DNA of 64,000 nucleotides, taken from positions 74,253 through 138,252 of the forward strand of contig DGAQ01000052.1 in assembly GCA_002382445.1 (NCBI GenBank), written 5' to 3'. Both the position numbers and the translations under genes were made by a program. The notes under the pieces were generated by a model, which saw only the letters and a list, made by a program, of their open reading frames with translations, made no database searches and had not been told where the DNA came from. Source of the DNA: Porticoccaceae bacterium UBA4026 (GTDB lineage Bacteria; Pseudomonadota; Gammaproteobacteria; Pseudomonadales; Porticoccaceae). The number at the start of each line of letters is the position of its first letter. Position 1 is the stretch's first letter. Below are positions 59,386 to 64,000 of the stretch, piece by piece.

Positions 59386-60345
59386 TTACTCTTGGCTGTT
59401 CAAGTGATGAGCTAGCCGATCAGTGGCCCTGATCAGGGCATCGGTTATGCCCGGCTCGCTAGAAGAGTGACCCGCGTCAGCAATGACATCCAGTTGGGCC
59501 TCTGGCCAAGCTTCACTCAGAGCAAAAGCTTGATTGATTGGGCACACCATATCATAGCGCCCGTGAACGATCGTGGCTGGAATACCTTTTAGCTTTTCAG
59601 TGTTATTAATAATTTGATTGGGCTCTAAAAACGCTTTGTTAATAAAGAAATGGGCTTCTATTCTGGCAATAGCCATCGCTATGTGAGGGCTGGAAAAATG
59701 TCCAACGACATCTTCATTGGGGTGCAATGTGGCGCAGCGTCCTTCTAAAAGAGACCAAGCTTTCGCGGCGGCCATTCGCTCTAGTTCATTGTCACCGGTG
59801 AGTCGACGATAAAAGGCGCTGAGCAGATCCTGATGCTCTGCTTCTGGAATAACACTAATAAATTGTTTCCAGTAGTCGGGAAAGATATGCTTTACACCGT
59901 CTTGATAGAACCAAGAAATATCATCATCTCGACAAAGAAAGATACCTCGCAAAATCAAGCCTAACACTAATTCTGGATAGGTTTGCGCATAAATAAGGCT
60001 CAAGGTAGATCCCCAAGACCCTCCAAATACAACCCAGCGATTAACGTTTAGGGCTTTACGAATAACCTCGATGTCGGCAACCAAAGCAGAAGTGTTGTTG
60101 TCCTTTAGGAGGGCATGGGGCGTTGACTGTCCGGCACCCCGCTGATCGAATAAAATAATACGATATTTTTCGGGATCAAAAAAACAGCGGTCGGTTGGGT
60201 TAGAGCCCCCTCCTGGACCACCGTGAACAAACAAAACAGGGATACCCTCAGGATTGCCAGATTCTTCAACGTACAGGACATGAGGTGCAGTCACAGCAAC
60301 AGATCGAGTGTGGTAGGGTCGGATTGCCGGGAACGCTTTCTTCAT
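59386..60345 (-). CDS. pip: prolyl aminopeptidase (proline iminopeptidase)
   Basis: 319 aa. VHGGPGGG oxyanion region, FDQRGAG, nucleophile elbow GGSWGS and C-terminal AGHS. Confidence 0.9.
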   Translation of the reverse strand: MKKAFPAIRPYHTRSVAVTAPHVLYVEESGNPEGIPVLFVHGGPGGGSNPTDRCFFDPEKYRIILFDQRGAGQSTPHALLKDNNTSALVADIEVIRKALNVNRWVVFGGSWGSTLSLIYAQTYPELVLGLILRGIFLCRDDDISWFYQDGVKHIFPDYWKQFISVIPEAEHQDLLSAFYRRLTGDNELERMAAAKAWSLLEGRCATLHPNEDVVGHFSSPHIAMAIARIEAHFFINKAFLEPNQIINNTEKLKGIPATIVHGRYDMVCPINQAFALSEAWPEAQLDVIADAGHSSSEPGITDALIRATDRLAHHLNSQE

Positions 60346-60467
60346 TTATTTATGGCCTCTATTATAATCGCTAATATTAGCGCAAAGCTGAGGAGATAGA
60401 CAAAAAAACTCAATTGCTCTATTTTAGTGGTTGATAAGATATAGTTTAGGTTGCGGGGATATTATGT

Positions 60468-61037
60468 ATGGCTGAGATTGTGCGATGCCAGTGGTGCGGA
60501 ACGGATCCTCTTTATCGTCAGTATCATGACGTTGAATGGGGCGTTCCATGCCGGGACGACACTAAGCTTTTCGAGTTTTTGATCTTGGAGGGTGCTCAGG
60601 CAGGCTTGTCATGGATTACTATTTTACGTAGAAGAGATAATTATCGTCGGGCCTTTGCGCAATTTAATGTCGAGCAGGTGGCAAAATTTACCGCCGATGA
60701 CGTTTCGCGGTTGATGATTGATTCTGGGATTATCAGGAATCGCTTGAAAATTGAGAGTGCGATCTCCAATGCGCGCCTAGTTAAAGATATTCAGCGTGAA
60801 TTTGGCAGTTTTAGTGACTATATTTGGAGCTATGTAGATCATGTGCCAATTGTTAATCAATGGTCAGACAAAAACGATATTCCGGCAACGACACTAATTT
60901 CTGATCGAATTAGCCGAGATATGAAAAAGCGAGGCTTTCGTTTTTTTGGTAGTACTATCTGTTATGCCTATATGCAGGCTATGGGGATGGTCAATGACCA
61001 TCAAAAAGATTGTTTTAACTGCCCTGCTGGGTCATAA
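60468..61037 (+). CDS. tag: DNA-3-methyladenine glycosylase I
   Basis: 189 aa. RCQWCGTDPLYRQYHDVEWG (zinc-snap region) and EGAQAGLSWITIL. Confidence 0.92.
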   Translation: MAEIVRCQWCGTDPLYRQYHDVEWGVPCRDDTKLFEFLILEGAQAGLSWITILRRRDNYRRAFAQFNVEQVAKFTADDVSRLMIDSGIIRNRLKIESAISNARLVKDIQREFGSFSDYIWSYVDHVPIVNQWSDKNDIPATTLISDRISRDMKKRGFRFFGSTICYAYMQAMGMVNDHQKDCFNCPAGS

Positions 61038-61038
61038 A

Positions 61039-62112
61039 TTAACTTGCAATCGCCATGTTGCCGCCCATGTTTTTGGCTTGATATAAACTATTTTCGGCGC
61101 AGGAAATCAGGTCATTTAAATCTCTACATCGACTTGTAGATGCAATTCCAAGGCTTATTGATAATTTAAATTTGACGCCTTTGGCATCCAGCTGCAACTC
61201 ACCTACTTTTATCCGTAATACCTCGGCAATAACGGCGCTAGCGCTAGGTTCATCATGGGGTATTATAATTACAAAAGTATTACCCACCCAACGGCCTAGA
61301 CTATAGTCGTCGGCAAGACTGTCATTTAAAATCTGACCGACTAAGAATAAAACGTTGTCGCCAATAGAATGACCATATCGTTCGTTGATCGTTTTGAAAT
61401 TATCTAAATCAGCCAAAATAACTCCAAACGATTGCCCTCCGGATCGCTCCTTGGTATATTTTTCCCGGAGATGACACTCAATAGATTGACGGTTATGGAG
61501 TCCGGTTAAGGCATCTAAGCGTTTTATTTGGTCGACCTGCGAGGATAAAGATTCAAGGTTGTGCGCGTATTTTGATCGTGATGAACGCGCTTCAAAAACA
61601 AATATAAATGTAACAGCGCAAAGAAATAGAAATTGCAGTGATTCTGCGGGCGAGTAAGGGTTTGAAATTACTAAAGTCGATGCAATAAATAGGATTACAA
61701 TGGCAAAGCAAAGGAAGATCACTGCTAGTGTGGGGTTTTTCGTGCTACGGCACACCGCCATTAAAGTACGGAGAGTCGATAGGCACCATGCTAGCGATAA
61801 GGCGCTAAAACTCAATGTTAGAGAATATAAAAGTCCTGAAAAAAGCGTTACGACGACTAAAAACCTGGCAACTCTTTTAAACTTAACTAGCCGATTCAAA
61901 GCAAGACCAAGCAGCAGAAAGCTACCTACGGCCAAGTAAAATCCAACCAGACCTATGTCGTTACTAAAGTAATAATAAAAAGAAAATGACAGCGCAACAG
62001 CAGCCTGCAACAGCACCGTTACTGTAAAAAATGAGTCATCCTTGATTTCAAGATCGGTTGCTTTAACGTCCAAAAATTTTATATTTTGTGACTTATATTG
62101 CTCCATAGACAC
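61039..62112 (-). CDS. membrane protein with degenerate GGDEF domain
   Basis: About five hydrophobic helices (aa 30-175), then a GGDEF-fold domain: LDALTGLHNRQ and DLDNFKTINERYGHSIGDNVL. The active-site motif reads VGNTF (aa 276-280, nt 61273-61287) instead of GG(D/E)EF. Confidence 0.8.
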   Translation of the reverse strand: MSMEQYKSQNIKFLDVKATDLEIKDDSFFTVTVLLQAAVALSFSFYYYFSNDIGLVGFYLAVGSFLLLGLALNRLVKFKRVARFLVVVTLFSGLLYSLTLSFSALSLAWCLSTLRTLMAVCRSTKNPTLAVIFLCFAIVILFIASTLVISNPYSPAESLQFLFLCAVTFIFVFEARSSRSKYAHNLESLSSQVDQIKRLDALTGLHNRQSIECHLREKYTKERSGGQSFGVILADLDNFKTINERYGHSIGDNVLFLVGQILNDSLADDYSLGRWVGNTFVIIIPHDEPSASAVIAEVLRIKVGELQLDAKGVKFKLSISLGIASTSRCRDLNDLISCAENSLYQAKNMGGNMAIAS

Positions 62113-62158
62113 AATATATCAGAAAATCGATTCTATACGTTAATCAATAAATTTCAAA

Positions 62159-63970
62159 TTACTTTGAAGACCGCTTTCTACCAATCTCTGTGAGAAACTT
62201 TTTGCGTAACCGAATGCTCTTTGGGGTTACTTCGACGAGTTCGTCGTCTTCAATAAACTCAAGAGCCTGCTCCAATGTGTGTCTAATTGGAGGGACGAGT
62301 GTTAGGGCTTCATCGGTACCGGAGGCGCGTACGTTGGTCAGCTGCTTTCCTTTGATTGGATTAACGACTAGGTCATTTGATCGTGAGTGAATACCCACCA
62401 CCTGCCCTTCATAGACGTCAACCGCATGACCTAAGAAGAGCCGTCCTCGCGCTTGAATATTAAATAAAGCAAAGGCTGCAGTTTTGCCTTTGATCATGCT
62501 CACCAGTGCGCCATTTTTGCGTTTGAATTTCTCACCTTCTTTGGCTGGAGCATAGCAATCAAAAATACTTGTCATGGTGCCTGATCCTGAGGTCAGTGTC
62601 AGAAATGCGCCACGAAAACCGATTAGTCCTCGAGAGGGCATAGAGAATTCTAGACGCACACGTCCCTTTCCGTCAGGTTCCATGTTAGTCAGTTCTGCTT
62701 TTCGCATGCCTAACTCTTCCATTACTGAACCTTGATGCTTTTCTTCTACATCAATAACTACCAGCTCAAATGGCTCATGGACTTTACCATCAACTAGTTT
62801 CTGGACAACTTCGGGGCGAGACACGCCCATCTCAAAGCCTTCGCGACGCATCGTCTCGATCAAAACAGAAAGATGCAGTTCTCCGCGACCAGAAACGATA
62901 AATTTATCGGGCGTCTCCCCTGGCTTGACCCTAAGTGCTACGTTGTGAATTAGCTCTTGGTTAAGGCGGTCCCTAATATTTCTGGTTGTTACATATTTCC
63001 CTTCTAGGCCTGCAAAAGGCGAGTCATTGACAATAAATGTCATGCTCACAGTGGGTTCATCAACGCTCAGGGCGGGAAGCGCTTCAATATGCTCGGGGTG
63101 ACACAAAGTGTCGGAAATGCTGAGGCCATCGATTCCATTGATGCAGACAATGTCTCCAGCTTCGGCTAGTTGGGTCTCAATCTGCTCAAGGCCTAGGTAG
63201 CCCTTAACGTTAAGGACCTTGCCTTTCTTCTCTTGGCCATTGGCGCTTACCACCACCACTTGTTGCCCAGGCTTGAGCGTTCCTCGGGTGATTCGGCCGA
63301 CCCCGATAACGCCAACATAACTATCATAAGATAGAGCAGAAATTTGCATTTGAAAGGGCCCGTCGGCGTCAACCTCGGGTGCTGGAACTTCTGCGACAAT
63401 CATTTCGTAGAGTGGCGTCATATCTTCCGCCATATTTTCATAATCGTTGCCGGCAATCCCATTGATTGCTGAGGTATAAATTACTGGGAAATCAAGCTGC
63501 TCATCTGTTGCGCCTAAGTTGTCGAAAAGGTCGAAAACTTGATCCATAACCCAGTCCGGTCGGGCGCCGGGGCGATCTATCTTGTTGATAACGACAATAG
63601 GGCATAGTCCCTGCTCAAAAGCTTTTGAGGTAACAAATCTAGTTTGCGGCATGGGGCCGTCAACCGCGTCAACGAGCAGTAAAACAGAATCGACCATCGA
63701 CAATACCCGCTCAACCTCTCCACCGAAATCGGCGTGACCTGGAGTGTCTACAATGTTGATTCGATAATCCTTCCAATTAATAGCAGTATTTTTTGCCAAA
63801 ATGGTGATGCCGCGCTCTTTTTCCTGGTCGTTGGAGTCCATAAGTCGCTCTGAACCCACATCCTTTCGATCTAGGGTACCTGACTGGCTTAGTAGTTTAT
63901 CCACCAAGGTTGTTTTACCGTGATCAACGTGGGCGATAATGGCAATGTTGCGCAAATTGTTTATTGACAT
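62159..63970 (-). CDS. typA: translational GTPase TypA/BipA
   Basis: 603 aa. [23 protein letters not shown] and NKID, with EF-G-like domains and a BipA-specific C-terminus. Confidence 0.95.
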   Translation of the reverse strand: MSINNLRNIAIIAHVDHGKTTLVDKLLSQSGTLDRKDVGSERLMDSNDQEKERGITILAKNTAINWKDYRINIVDTPGHADFGGEVERVLSMVDSVLLLVDAVDGPMPQTRFVTSKAFEQGLCPIVVINKIDRPGARPDWVMDQVFDLFDNLGATDEQLDFPVIYTSAINGIAGNDYENMAEDMTPLYEMIVAEVPAPEVDADGPFQMQISALSYDSYVGVIGVGRITRGTLKPGQQVVVVSANGQEKKGKVLNVKGYLGLEQIETQLAEAGDIVCINGIDGLSISDTLCHPEHIEALPALSVDEPTVSMTFIVNDSPFAGLEGKYVTTRNIRDRLNQELIHNVALRVKPGETPDKFIVSGRGELHLSVLIETMRREGFEMGVSRPEVVQKLVDGKVHEPFELVVIDVEEKHQGSVMEELGMRKAELTNMEPDGKGRVRLEFSMPSRGLIGFRGAFLTLTSGSGTMTSIFDCYAPAKEGEKFKRKNGALVSMIKGKTAAFALFNIQARGRLFLGHAVDVYEGQVVGIHSRSNDLVVNPIKGKQLTNVRASGTDEALTLVPPIRHTLEQALEFIEDDELVEVTPKSIRLRKKFLTEIGRKRSSK

Positions 63971-64000
63971 GAGGGGCTACCGATTGGGCCAAAAGGTCGC

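Overview
This window reads as a densely packed, mostly housekeeping chromosomal segment of a gammaproteobacterium. Gene order mixes E. coli-like and Pseudomonas-like blocks: yicC | rph-pyrE | slmA-argB-algC-coaBC | radC-rpmB-rpmG; rppH-ptsP ... lgt-thyA-folA; tolC | nudF-yqiB-cpdA-yqiA-parE-parC; ctpA-envC-gpmI. I support about 60 protein-coding genes, most recognisable from catalytic motifs. One of them, rpmG, is below the ORF-track cutoff, and a partial PadR gene sits at the 5' edge. Several track ORFs carry spurious N-terminal extensions, which I trimmed. I found no rRNA, tRNA, CRISPR array, transposase, integrase, phage gene or recognisable defence or toxin-antitoxin genes, and I see no convincing novel multi-gene system. 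The best-supported unusual observation is a decayed ilvD (dihydroxy-acid dehydratase) remnant in the ORF-free gap downstream of argA. Others are modest and hypothesis-level:
- a PadR / cytochrome P450 / hotdog thioesterase / MBL hydrolase accessory cluster at the left edge
- a tightly coupled FAH-DUF1653-arfB-srkA operon
- an NRDE (TANGO2-like) gene inserted into the ptsP-lgt block
- a six-gene TonB2-type energiser cluster
- a putative envelope-modification pair (GT-A-like transferase plus LTA-synthase/sulfatase-like membrane enzyme) beside waaA
- an orphan RND/MMPL exporter translationally coupled to uup and divergent from a DUF1295 membrane enzyme
- a Pfp-type phosphofructokinase
- a membrane protein with a degenerate GGDEF motif (VGNTF)

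All family assignments come from motif recognition by eye, with no database search.
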